Below, piece after piece: positions 18,303 through 27,862 of a DNA stretch of 64,000 bases. How positions within the stretch are numbered: the first letter of the stretch is position 1; every line of letters begins with the position of its first letter. Source of the stretch: an uncultured Cytophagales bacterium (GTDB lineage Bacteria > Bacteroidota > Bacteroidia > Cytophagales > UBA9547); NCBI GenBank assembly GCA_945957555.1, contig CAMFLX010000007.1, positions 20,784-84,783 of the forward strand. Direction: 5' to 3'. The position numbers and the translations under genes are program-made. Under the pieces are notes generated by a model. That model was not told the DNA's origin, made no database searches, and saw only the letters and a program-made list of their open reading frames with translations.

Positions 18303-21300
18303 TTATTCAACAATAGGGGGTTGGTTTGGAATAGTTACTGTAAACTTGCTGCCTTGTCCTTCTGAGGACTCACATTCAACATTTCCTTTGAGCCTATCCA
18401 CCACCACTTTAGTAATGTACAGTCCTAGCCCAGACCCCGTTGCTATATTGTGTGCCCGGTAGAACATATCAAAGATCTTAGGTTGGCTTGCTTTTGGGAT
18501 CCCCAAACCATTATCTTCAAATATGAGTATGGCCTTATTGTCATCAATGTTGAAATTGATTTTCAAATAAGATTCCGGCTTCTTATAATCTTGATATTTA
18601 ATAGGATTTTCTATCAAGTTTTGTACTATTGAATTCAAGCTTTTTTGGCAGGTGTAGAATTCTTTCGATTTGTTGGAAATGTTGTAATTAATTTTGATCC
18701 TATCAGCACCTTTGATATGGTTGAGTGAATCTATGGCATCGGTTATAAAGGTTTCAAAGTTTTTTACAAGTTTGATATCCTTACCTAAGTTCGGATTGGT
18801 TACCGTAAGTAAATCTTCAACAATGGTTTCTATTTTTTTGCTGCTGTTATATATGTGTGTTAGATAAGTCTGACTGGTTACATCGCGAGCTTCATTGAGG
18901 CCTAGTTGTGCTAAAGTTGAAAGTGACTTTAGTGGTCCTCGCACATCGTGAGAGGTTTTATAAAGCAAGATTTTTAAGTTGGCATTAGATTCGGAAAGTT
19001 CCTTGGTCTTATTTTGAATCTCATTTTCCAAGATTCGGTTGTACCGTTTAATAGAGCGTAGCCTGATATAATAGATAAAATAGATGATGCTTAATATGCA
19101 TAAAAATATAAAAGAATAGAACCACCACGTTTTCCACCAAGGGGGAAGGATAGTGATTTTCATTTTTTTGCCTATTACGTTCCATATCCCATCGTTATTT
19201 GCAGCATGTACCACAAATTCGTAGCTGCCTGGAGGAATATTGTAATATTTTGCAGTAAGATCGCTTGTGGTAACTCTCCAGACTGTTTCTAGCCCAATAA
19301 GTTTGTATTTGAGTTTGTTACCTTTGGGGTTGATGTAATTCAGGGCCGTGAATGAAATTTCTAGATCGTTGTCGTTGTATTCAAGCGTAATACTACTGTC
19401 GGGAGGAATTTCTCTTATGCTCAGGGTGTCTATATTGTGTTCATTTTTTAATTTGTGAGAGCATTTGACCGTTGTGAAAATTATTGATGGAGAGAAGATG
19501 TTTCTTCTCTCTTTAGAAGGATCAATTTGAATGAGTCCTTTGTTGGTTCCGAAGAGTATGAGCCCTTCTTTGGTGATAAAGCCAGTATTGGGTGTAATAG
19601 AGTTGATATAGATGCCCTTTTTTTCGTCAATGATTGTTTCAACTTTACCAGTCCTTGTGTTGAATTTGCAGATTCCATTTTTAGCACCTATCCAAATGTT
19701 GTCATGTCCGTCTTCACAAAGACTGGTAATTATATTTAAAGTTTTAAGAATAGGGTTGTCTATAAGTGAAAAACTATTGGATTTGATGTCGAATTTAATG
19801 ACCCCACTACCGTGGGAACCGATCCATATCTCGTTTTTGTCTTTGAAATAGAGCAGGTCGTTAAGAGAGTTAGATGAGTTGTTTTTGTTGTTGTTTGAAA
19901 CGAGGTGTTTAATAAAAATATTAGTAATTCTATTGTATTCAATAAGACCATTTTCCGTAGCGAACCAAATGTTGTTATACTTGTCTTCAAATAGATTTAA
20001 AATATAATTGGAATGATATCCATATTTGCCACTATCAAAATGTGTCAAATGTCCAGATCTGTCAAGTTTATAGATGCCAAACTCAAAGGTGCCAATCCAA
20101 TATTCACCGTTTTCGGTAATGATAGCCGATCTAATGTTGTTGGTCTTAAGTATGGAATTGCTTGTGTTTATGATTGTTAAACGTTTTGTTAAAGTGTCAT
20201 AAACATAAATACCTTGACCAAAGGTACTTAATACCAGTTTATGATGATCCCATTTGAGGTCAGTAATGGCGAGTGAGGAGAATTTTTTACCATGCTCTAA
20301 GTGTGGTTCGTATAGGGAATAATTATTTTGTTTTTTGATATAGATTCCACCTCGATCTGTTCCAATCCATAAGCTGTTATTACCATCATAAGTTATGGCC
20401 TTTACAATAGGGTATTCGATATGTGGAATATTGTTAAGCCCGTTGGATATGTTTACAAAGAAATTAGTGAAATAGCTAGAATAATTTACCCCGTGCATGT
20501 ATGTACCCACCCATAAAATTTTGTTTTTATCAAGATACAGACTCGTTATATTGTTAGTACTGAGTTGTGAATCATCGTATTTGTCAAAATTTTGTATTTC
20601 GTAAGTTTGTGGGTTTAACAGCTTCAGGCCTAAACCATCACAGGCAATTAGGATTTTTTCATCTTTATTAATGATCGACGAGACGTAAGGGCTAGGTTCT
20701 TTTAAATCTATGGTTTCAAATTTATTTTTGTCAATATAATAGCGCGCAAGACCGTCGAGATAACCGATAAAAATTGAGTTTCGGTATTTTAACATGCAGT
20801 TGATCTTATGTCGGTGGCTCGAAATAAAGTCAAATTGATTTGTTTTAGGGGAGAACTTAATTAAGCCATGAGAAGAACCAATGTATATAATGTCCTTGTC
20901 TATAATGAACTTGTTAAAAATAATACTTTCGGAGTAACTGATTTTGTAATGAGTTATTTTGTTTGATTTTTGATCGTACTTAAATAGCCCATGGTCATAA
21001 TCTAAAATCCATACGCAATGATTGACCAAATCCTCACCGATATCGATAATGTTTCCATTAAAGTGCGAGAGAAAACTGTTAGGTTCGTTAAGGAAATTCC
21101 TAAAGGAGTTTGTCCTGTCGTCATAAATGTTGAGTCCTAGAGTGGATCCTATCCAAAGTTTGTTTTGTGAATCAACATAGAGTTTTTTGATTTTATTAAA
21201 AGATAGACTAATGCGGTTTGATTCATCGTGGTTGTATCTGACTACTTTATCTCCTGTATATTTGTAGAGTCCATTTTCTCCCGCTATCCACAAGATTCCA

Positions 21301-21434
21301 CTTTTGTCTAGGGTAAAATCCCATACTTTTTCTTCCTCAGAAATTTTATTGAGTATTAGGTGATCAAAGTATAATCTTTCTCGTGCGAATGCAGTGAAAT
21401 TTATAATTAGTAATATGTGGATAATCCTGCTCAA
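18303..21434 (-). CDS. Sensor histidine kinase with periplasmic two-component-regulator-propeller repeats and a Y_Y_Y domain; no receiver or HTH domain
   Basis: Long repeats of the (LWIGT..G(L/I)..(Y/F)) type are followed by the TM helix WWFYSFIFLCILSIIYFIYYI, the H-box TSHDVRGPL, and the N/G boxes (QNLIENPIKY; EDNGLGIP; GSGLGLY). It has an apparent TTG start. Confidence 0.8.
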   Translation of the reverse strand: MSRIIHILLIINFTAFARERLYFDHLILNKISEEEKVWDFTLDKSGILWIAGENGLYKYTGDKVVRYNHDESNRISLSFNKIKKLYVDSQNKLWIGSTLGLNIYDDRTNSFRNFLNEPNSFLSHFNGNIIDIGEDLVNHCVWILDYDHGLFKYDQKSNKITHYKISYSESIIFNKFIIDKDIIYIGSSHGLIKFSPKTNQFDFISSHRHKINCMLKYRNSIFIGYLDGLARYYIDKNKFETIDLKEPSPYVSSIINKDEKILIACDGLGLKLLNPQTYEIQNFDKYDDSQLSTNNITSLYLDKNKILWVGTYMHGVNYSSYFTNFFVNISNGLNNIPHIEYPIVKAITYDGNNSLWIGTDRGGIYIKKQNNYSLYEPHLEHGKKFSSLAITDLKWDHHKLVLSTFGQGIYVYDTLTKRLTIINTSNSILKTNNIRSAIITENGEYWIGTFEFGIYKLDRSGHLTHFDSGKYGYHSNYILNLFEDKYNNIWFATENGLIEYNRITNIFIKHLVSNNNKNNSSNSLNDLLYFKDKNEIWIGSHGSGVIKFDIKSNSFSLIDNPILKTLNIITSLCEDGHDNIWIGAKNGICKFNTRTGKVETIIDEKKGIYINSITPNTGFITKEGLILFGTNKGLIQIDPSKERRNIFSPSIIFTTVKCSHKLKNEHNIDTLSIREIPPDSSITLEYNDNDLEISFTALNYINPKGNKLKYKLIGLETVWRVTTSDLTAKYYNIPPGSYEFVVHAANNDGIWNVIGKKMKITILPPWWKTWWFYSFIFLCILSIIYFIYYIRLRSIKRYNRILENEIQNKTKELSESNANLKILLYKTSHDVRGPLKSLSTLAQLGLNEARDVTSQTYLTHIYNSSKKIETIVEDLLTVTNPNLGKDIKLVKNFETFITDAIDSLNHIKGADRIKINYNISNKSKEFYTCQKSLNSIVQNLIENPIKYQDYKKPESYLKINFNIDDNKAILIFEDNGLGIPKASQPKIFDMFYRAHNIATGSGLGLYITKVVVDRLKGNVECESSEGQGSKFTVTIPNQPPIVE

Positions 21435-21536
21435 GTATATAAGTAGATAAACAGAAGTCTAAATTAAATCTGTTTACTTGAAATAAAAAAAATAGTTTTA
21501 TAATGCTGTTAAAATAGTTATTTGAAAGGGATGATG

Positions 21537-21836
21537 TTACATATAAAAATCGAATTTTATTTTTTTCTTCCGTTTGGCAACTACCTTTTTATTTTTGTTT
21601 GCTTCATTTAATTGTGTGGCGATTTTCTCTTGCTTTTTCTCTGATTTTTTTTCAATATTCTCACGCTTCTTGTTTTTATAGTCAATGAGCCTGTTAGCCT
21701 CGTGTGAATGGTAGCCCTCTTGGTATCGAGATGTATTGTCGGAGTCTACCTTACTATAATAAGCCTTTTTATGAAGCTTTGAACAAGCGATCAATGTGAG
21801 AATTAATATAAAAAAATGTATAAATTGTCTTGTCAT
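21537..21836 (-). CDS. Small lysine-rich lipoprotein (hypothetical)
   Basis: 99 aa with a lipobox (LTLIAC). Its start overlaps the stop of the giant adhesin gene (ATGA). Confidence 0.45.
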   Translation of the reverse strand: MTRQFIHFFILILTLIACSKLHKKAYYSKVDSDNTSRYQEGYHSHEANRLIDYKNKKRENIEKKSEKKQEKIATQLNEANKNKKVVAKRKKKIKFDFYM

Positions 21837-24800
21837 CTTACTACTGTAACGTCACCTTTAAGTTTGTATTTTTGTGGTTTTTTGAATTCGTCGTATTCTG
21901 CATCGTAACTTACTACCCAAGGATAAACACCTATTGGCATATCCTCGCCTTTATAAGTGCCGTCCCAGGTGGCTCTTGGATCATTTGTGTTATAGATGAT
22001 TTCCCCCCATCTATTGAATATGGTAAGTTCGAAATCTGTATAAAATGCACCATAAATATTTAAATTGGAATTGATATCCTTTGTATGAGGAGTAATGATG
22101 TTCGGGACGAATAGCCTTGGTGGGCATGACACATGAACAACTACAGGTGTTGAGTCTTTACAACCATATTGATTAAGAACAGTAAGACCATAGTTTGTTT
22201 CAACTAATGGTTTTACATTGATTGACTGGGTTGTGTCTATTAACCCGTCTTTACTATACCATTTGTATTTCGCAAATTTATTTGATTCCAGTTTAATAGG
22301 TGAGGCATCCTCAAAGCAGTACTTGTGTTCTTTGGGGATATCTATTACCGGGTTTGGGAATATATTCACTGGAATAGTTTTTTGAGTGGTACAATTGCCA
22401 ATATTCAACTTTGCAGAATAATCCCCAGATTTAGTAAAACTAACTTCTTTTGGCGTATTAACTTTTATGATGGTGTTATTCATACGCCATTCATAAGTTA
22501 TTTTTTGACTTGGTTCTATGCTTGGATCGTCGAGGGTTAAATAAATTTTACCAACATTGCCGTCGCAAACATCATTAGCACTAAGTGTGAATTCGGGTTT
22601 TGGCACGCCTCTTACTTTGGTTTTTACACTGTTTTCGCATCCTAAGGAATCCCTAACCGTTAGTGGGATTTCTCTTTCTCCTGATGTAGCAATTACATTA
22701 AATGTATGTGAACTACTAGGAGGGTTGTTGTCCCACAAATAAGTAGCCTTGAAAATAGAATCTGCAGTTAAAACCCCAGCAGTATTTATACAGTCAATAA
22801 AACTATTGACCTTGGCAATGGGGGGGAGATTTGCAATAATCGTGTCAGCATTTATACATTGATTATACTTATACGAATAAATGTATGTGCCTGAAGACAT
22901 TATTTTGAGTGATTCAATGGTGTCTGCAAGGACTTGTTGCCCTTTTTGCCATTTATAAATACCTATTGGAGGTTTATTGCTAATGACCGCATTAATGATT
23001 GTAGTATCGTATAAGCAAAAGTCTTGAGGTAGTTTAATGACTGGAGCATCAAACACTTTGAGTTTGGCTTCATCTTTTGCAATACAGCCTAAGGCATTTC
23101 TAACGGTAAGAAAAAGTGTCGTATCTGTGTTTACATTAAGATATATGGAGTCGCTGTTAGATATTACAGCCGAATTGGTATCAGAGTTGGTTCGCCACTC
23201 GTAAGTCCATGCTAAGTTTACATTTGTTTTTTGAGTAATGTCACTTCCTCTGCAAAGGAGACTGTCTTTGCCTGCATCAGCTTTTGGGAATGGACTCACT
23301 ATTACCTTAATGCTCGTATCTTTTGCAGGACATTTATCTATGATGACATGTCTTAGGTTTAATGTTACAAAACCTGTATCAAGATCCTTTTGTGATGGAA
23401 TATAGGTATTGCTCAATAATGTGCTATCTAAGCCAAAGCTACCATTATTGCTACTTCTACTCCACGCAATTACGTCTTTAATACTAGTATTGGACGTTGC
23501 TCCAGATAGTAACAGTTTTTGATCAGTATCACAAGTAGGAGCTATCGTTCCATTAAGTGTAGGCGGGGTGGCAAAAGTAATACTGGTACTGTCGGACATA
23601 CTTGGACATCCTTGTTTAGAGGCAGTGACGGTAACCACAACCGTCGTATTGTTGGCTAAGGTAATATTTGTACTGTCGCCAATGGGGGTGTCAAGACTTG
23701 CAGATACGTCATTTGTGGACCATTTTATTGTATCGGCATAGGTGTTAATGCTTTTTAAAAGCAGAATCTTTTGGAGATTACTCTCACATAGTATGGTGTC
23801 TGATGGTGCTATGACTGTGGGAGGAAGTGCCAGTTTTACAATCGTTGTATCGAATTTGTTTGGACATAAAGGGGACATTTCATTAGTTCCAACAATAATC
23901 TTTGCGAATCCTTGAGCAATTTCGGCAGAAGTAGGTGTATACGAGATACTGGTAGCTGTATTATTGGGGCTCACTGTGCCTCCTGAAGTAGTCCATAGTA
24001 TACTGTTGCTATTAATTGGATTGGCGGTGATGAGGGGTATGGTTGGTTTGTTGTCGCAAATGGGACTAGGATCAGTCATTGAAATGTTTTTTGCTGGACC
24101 AGACTTGATGGTCATGTCATCACTTGCAGTGATGCACCCGTTTCTGTATGCTTCGACTTTGATATTTAATACGCTACTTACGTTATTAATAATCCCTGAA
24201 ACAATAGCCCCAGTATCTTTAGTGAAAGAGAAATTGTTACTGTTGTCTGCAAACCATTTGATCAAGTCAGCATTTTGATAGATTGCAGTTAAGTTCAATG
24301 GGATATTAGTGGTTTCAACACAGAAAATAGTGTCATTTGGTGCAATTACAGATGGTGGCAGTTTGAGTTTGACAAGTAAGGAGTCCATCTTGTTTGGACA
24401 AACAGGATTGGGATCATTGGTGCTCACATAAAACTTCGTAAATCCTTGAGTGATTTCACTGCTGTTTGGGCTGTATAGGATTGCAGGAGACGTATTATTT
24501 AATATTGCAACCCCACTGGCATTTTTCCAAAGTACGTTTGTCGCATTTTGCATCGTGCTGCTAAGGTTGATTAGAGGATTTGTAGCGCAAATACTATCGG
24601 GGCCAGTACCATTAATCGATTTTTGAGGACTAAATTTGATGCTCATGTCATCAATGGCCGTAGTACATCCTTTTCTGTAGGCTTCTACCCTGATCGTAAT
24701 GGGGTTGTTGTTTATGATTTTTCCGGATACGCTATCACCCGAGGTTTTATTAAAGCTAAAATCACTATTGTTTGCGAACCATTGTATAGAGTCTGTATGC

Positions 24801-26800
24801 GTATGCTTGGCATTTAAATTCAAGATTATATTCTTGATCTCATCGCAAAAAAGCGTATCCTTTGGGGCTACCACCGTAGGTGGAATGAGGAGTTTGAGCA
24901 GTACCGAATCCTTTACATTAGGACATTTGAATACAACATCGTTTGTATTTGCAATTAACTTCACGGTTCCCAAATTAAGTTCTTGATTTGTAGGGGTATA
25001 TTTAATGTTAGCTGTAGTTCTGTTTGGGGCCACAGAGCCACTGCCTCCAGTCCATGTTATCTTTGTTGCATTTGTGAGGGAAGAAACGATATCAATACTT
25101 TGAGGAGTGTTACTGCAGACTTGTACTGGTTGATTGATCTTTAATGTTTTTATGGGGTCATAAAATACTCTCATAGAGTCATATACTGGAGGGCATACGT
25201 CTCCACGTGTTGCTATGAGAAATGTAACGTTGTTGTTTTTTTTATCATTAGTACCAAAAACATATCTTGTGGATATATTGGAATTGCTCACAAACTGTCC
25301 GTCGCCCTTTTTTAGGGTCCATATTACGCCTGTATCGCCTTTCATATACCCATTTAAGGGTAAACTGATTTCAGAGGCACAAACAGTGGTGTCATTACTG
25401 ATCCCCTTACCTGGTTTATTGCGATTTGCGTCGACATCTTTATTCTTGATCAGGTTAGTAACTTTGGCCTGACTTTCTTTAACAAACCACCAAGTGTTTA
25501 CCGTTTCGGGACATCCAGGACAAGGTGCCCCATTGGTTACTCCTCTATCATGCCATCTGTGACAACCATTGAGCATGCAACCTGGCAAGTTAGTTTGTTG
25601 GTCTGTGTTGGTACCAGGTCTCAAATTGCTGTCGTCCCATTGTAATGGTATATTACCACCAACAGCCGTTGATGGTCTGACATATGTCACTATATATCCA
25701 TTTTTGTGATTTTCCACGTCGTAAATTGGGAGATGGCTTAATCCGTTTATATAGCTAATGCCCATATCAAAACGAACGATATTGGTATCTATTTTGCCTC
25801 CCAAGCCATCTTTGCCATCCCATTTGATACAGTTTACTCCTGCTTTGAGGCTGGCTTGTATAAGACGATCCTTCCCTCCAATTTGAATACCAGGTATTCC
25901 ATCTGCATTTAAAGAAAATTGCATGATTCCCGGGGCTGTTACCTCTACATTGATACAATAATCCCCTGGACAACCTGTAATGGTCGGGTTTCCGACAATA
26001 GAACCGAGAAAGCCAGTGGGGTAACAAGTCGAATCAGGCGCATTTAGGAAAATTTTGTATTGAGGATATGTACTGTTTCCGTACACAGATTTCCTATCGT
26101 TTATTATGTTGCCGGTATTATTAGTTCCTGTGCTATTGGCAGAAATCATAAATTCATAAGGCTGAATACCGTTGAAATTTATTTTAGTAGTAATTTTATC
26201 ATCAGTATAGATATACATTGATCCATTAAATGGATTATTATAGTTTGCTGTGTTTAGGAGCCAAGCTTTACTCCAAAGTCTCCCTTTTTTGACGGTTCCA
26301 TCCGCACCTATAACAGTAATATCAAATAGGTTAATGGTTGCTGTATTGTTGCTAAATTCAATAGAATAGTCTCCAGCTTTTGTGGTAGTGTATGAAATGG
26401 GTACATATCCAGTCGGGTTTGTGGTAGAAATAGGTCCCGCAACAGCTTGGTTGTAATTTGCTATATATCCAGGAGTGTTGGCTATACCTAAGTTAGTTGG
26501 GTTTACGACTATTAAACCATCTGGATCAACTAGTCTTACCTGTCTGTTGGCAGCTAACTCTCCAAATCCCATTTGTATCGTTTCACCAGGTTCGCAAACG
26601 TGTACATTTAATCTATAGTTGCTATCTACCCCGAATCTAGCGAATGGTTTTGTGGGGTCTACCTGTGGGGTAATTTGTATACCACTATTATCTGCAGATG
26701 TAGGGCGTATTTCTTTGGTACCCTCTGAATATAATACTAAAGGACTCCAAACTACGAAAAGACTTATTAGCAAGAATTTGATAGTACAATTTTTCCTCAT
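21833..26800 (-). CDS. Giant (1655-aa) cell-surface protein with T9SS type-B C-terminal sorting domain
   Basis: It has a signal peptide (MRKNCTIKFLLISLFVVWSPLVLYSEG). A Cys-rich N-terminal region and repeated modules follow. The tail is VPNIITP......IFNRWGE..Y......WDGTY.G......VYPWVV.......GDVTVVR. Confidence 0.8.
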   Translation of the reverse strand: MRKNCTIKFLLISLFVVWSPLVLYSEGTKEIRPTSADNSGIQITPQVDPTKPFARFGVDSNYRLNVHVCEPGETIQMGFGELAANRQVRLVDPDGLIVVNPTNLGIANTPGYIANYNQAVAGPISTTNPTGYVPISYTTTKAGDYSIEFSNNTATINLFDITVIGADGTVKKGRLWSKAWLLNTANYNNPFNGSMYIYTDDKITTKINFNGIQPYEFMISANSTGTNNTGNIINDRKSVYGNSTYPQYKIFLNAPDSTCYPTGFLGSIVGNPTITGCPGDYCINVEVTAPGIMQFSLNADGIPGIQIGGKDRLIQASLKAGVNCIKWDGKDGLGGKIDTNIVRFDMGISYINGLSHLPIYDVENHKNGYIVTYVRPSTAVGGNIPLQWDDSNLRPGTNTDQQTNLPGCMLNGCHRWHDRGVTNGAPCPGCPETVNTWWFVKESQAKVTNLIKNKDVDANRNKPGKGISNDTTVCASEISLPLNGYMKGDTGVIWTLKKGDGQFVSNSNISTRYVFGTNDKKNNNVTFLIATRGDVCPPVYDSMRVFYDPIKTLKINQPVQVCSNTPQSIDIVSSLTNATKITWTGGSGSVAPNRTTANIKYTPTNQELNLGTVKLIANTNDVVFKCPNVKDSVLLKLLIPPTVVAPKDTLFCDEIKNIILNLNAKHTHTDSIQWFANNSDFSFNKTSGDSVSGKIINNNPITIRVEAYRKGCTTAIDDMSIKFSPQKSINGTGPDSICATNPLINLSSTMQNATNVLWKNASGVAILNNTSPAILYSPNSSEITQGFTKFYVSTNDPNPVCPNKMDSLLVKLKLPPSVIAPNDTIFCVETTNIPLNLTAIYQNADLIKWFADNSNNFSFTKDTGAIVSGIINNVSSVLNIKVEAYRNGCITASDDMTIKSGPAKNISMTDPSPICDNKPTIPLITANPINSNSILWTTSGGTVSPNNTATSISYTPTSAEIAQGFAKIIVGTNEMSPLCPNKFDTTIVKLALPPTVIAPSDTILCESNLQKILLLKSINTYADTIKWSTNDVSASLDTPIGDSTNITLANNTTVVVTVTASKQGCPSMSDSTSITFATPPTLNGTIAPTCDTDQKLLLSGATSNTSIKDVIAWSRSSNNGSFGLDSTLLSNTYIPSQKDLDTGFVTLNLRHVIIDKCPAKDTSIKVIVSPFPKADAGKDSLLCRGSDITQKTNVNLAWTYEWRTNSDTNSAVISNSDSIYLNVNTDTTLFLTVRNALGCIAKDEAKLKVFDAPVIKLPQDFCLYDTTIINAVISNKPPIGIYKWQKGQQVLADTIESLKIMSSGTYIYSYKYNQCINADTIIANLPPIAKVNSFIDCINTAGVLTADSIFKATYLWDNNPPSSSHTFNVIATSGEREIPLTVRDSLGCENSVKTKVRGVPKPEFTLSANDVCDGNVGKIYLTLDDPSIEPSQKITYEWRMNNTIIKVNTPKEVSFTKSGDYSAKLNIGNCTTQKTIPVNIFPNPVIDIPKEHKYCFEDASPIKLESNKFAKYKWYSKDGLIDTTQSINVKPLVETNYGLTVLNQYGCKDSTPVVVHVSCPPRLFVPNIITPHTKDINSNLNIYGAFYTDFELTIFNRWGEIIYNTNDPRATWDGTYKGEDMPIGVYPWVVSYDAEYDEFKKPQKYKLKGDVTVVR
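23290..25150 (-). repeat. About 3.5 copies of a ~175-185-aa bipartite module within the giant adhesin
   Basis: A repeated protein string is visible: (V/L)KL.(L/I)PP(T/S)V(V/I)AP.DT(L/I)FC......LNL.A........I.WFA.NS..FSF......SG.I.N......(I/V)(R/K)VEAYR.GC.TA.DDM(S/T)IK... then ..IC...P.I.L.......N...(I/L)W...... Confidence 0.7.
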
Positions 26801-27149
26801 ATAAATCGTCGTTCTGGGTAATACATAGTAATTGTTAATTGTATACGAAAATTGATCTAATATGTAACTATAAAATTATAAAAAAATTACAAATTTTCCA
26901 AATTAAAGTACTAAAATTGGGCATCTTAGATGTTGTTGTTTTATTTAATAATTGCCTTTAAATAAGCAATTTGAGGGAAATTGATCTTGTTTTAGTGTGT
27001 GATTCTCATCAAAGATTTTTTACGACCATTTTTTTTGTTTTTTCGAAGGGTTACTTTTGGGTTTTTAAATGTATATACAAAATTTTGTTATTGTTTTTGT
27101 ATAATTCATTTATGGAATTTGATCTTCTAAGATTAAATCTTTTTGTGAA

Positions 27150-27170
27150 TTTTAGATTAGTCTAAAAAAT
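27150..27170. promoter_or_regulatory. Candidate DtxR/MntR-type operator
   Basis: TTTTAGA-TTAG-TCTAAAA has 7-bp inverted arms and lies about 30 bp upstream of the repressor ATG. By eye, 27152-27170 matches the DtxR consensus TTAGGTTAGCCTAACCTAA at 13 of 19 positions. Confidence 0.4.
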
Positions 27171-27199
27171 AATTTAGCTTTACGGAACAATTTTTGTGT

Positions 27200-27862
27200 A
27201 TGCTAACACTTACAGAAGAAAACTACATTAAATGTATTTATAAACTTTCTCATGATGGTACAAAAAGCGTTTCTACAAACGAAATAGCGGAACGACTTGA
27301 AACTAAGCCAGCATCGGTAAGTGATATGCTCAAGAAGTTAGCGGCCAAGGATTTATTGGGCTATGAAAAATATTATGGCGTTACATTGAAATCTGCGGGA
27401 ATTGATTATGCCCTTTCGATTATCAGAAAACATAGGCTATGGGAAGTTTTTTTGGTTGAAAAATTAAATTTCAAATGGGATGAGGTTCATGAAGTGGCAG
27501 AACAGCTTGAACATGTGAAATCCAATTTGCTAATAGAGCGGTTGGATGATTTTCTGGGTTTCCCCAAATATGATCCTCATGGAGGGCATATACCTGATAA
27601 AAATGGTCATTGGGGACCTGATATGTCGTTTCCGTTGTCGAGTGGTGAGATTGGTGTACCATTTGTTTTGGTAAGAGTTGAGGGGAATAATGACCTATTG
27701 AAATTTTTAGATAGTCTAGGTATAAAAATTGGAACTCGAATAGATATTGTAAAAAGAAGAGATTTTGATAATTTATTGGAGGTTGTCATTGAAGGGGGAC
27801 GTAAGGAAATTTTTTCGAGCAATGTGGTTGATTGTTTACAAGTAAAGAAATATGAGAAATAA
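27200..27862 (+). CDS. DtxR/MntR-family metal-dependent transcriptional repressor with C-terminal FeoA/SH3-like domain
   Basis: LTEENYIKCIYKL......VSTNEIAERL...PASVSDMLKKL....L..Y..Y.GV.L...G......IIRKHRLWE.FL is the classic N-terminal HTH plus dimerisation pattern. I take the ATG at 27200 rather than the TTG at 27194. Confidence 0.8.
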   Translation: MLTLTEENYIKCIYKLSHDGTKSVSTNEIAERLETKPASVSDMLKKLAAKDLLGYEKYYGVTLKSAGIDYALSIIRKHRLWEVFLVEKLNFKWDEVHEVAEQLEHVKSNLLIERLDDFLGFPKYDPHGGHIPDKNGHWGPDMSFPLSSGEIGVPFVLVRVEGNNDLLKFLDSLGIKIGTRIDIVKRRDFDNLLEVVIEGGRKEIFSSNVVDCLQVKKYEK

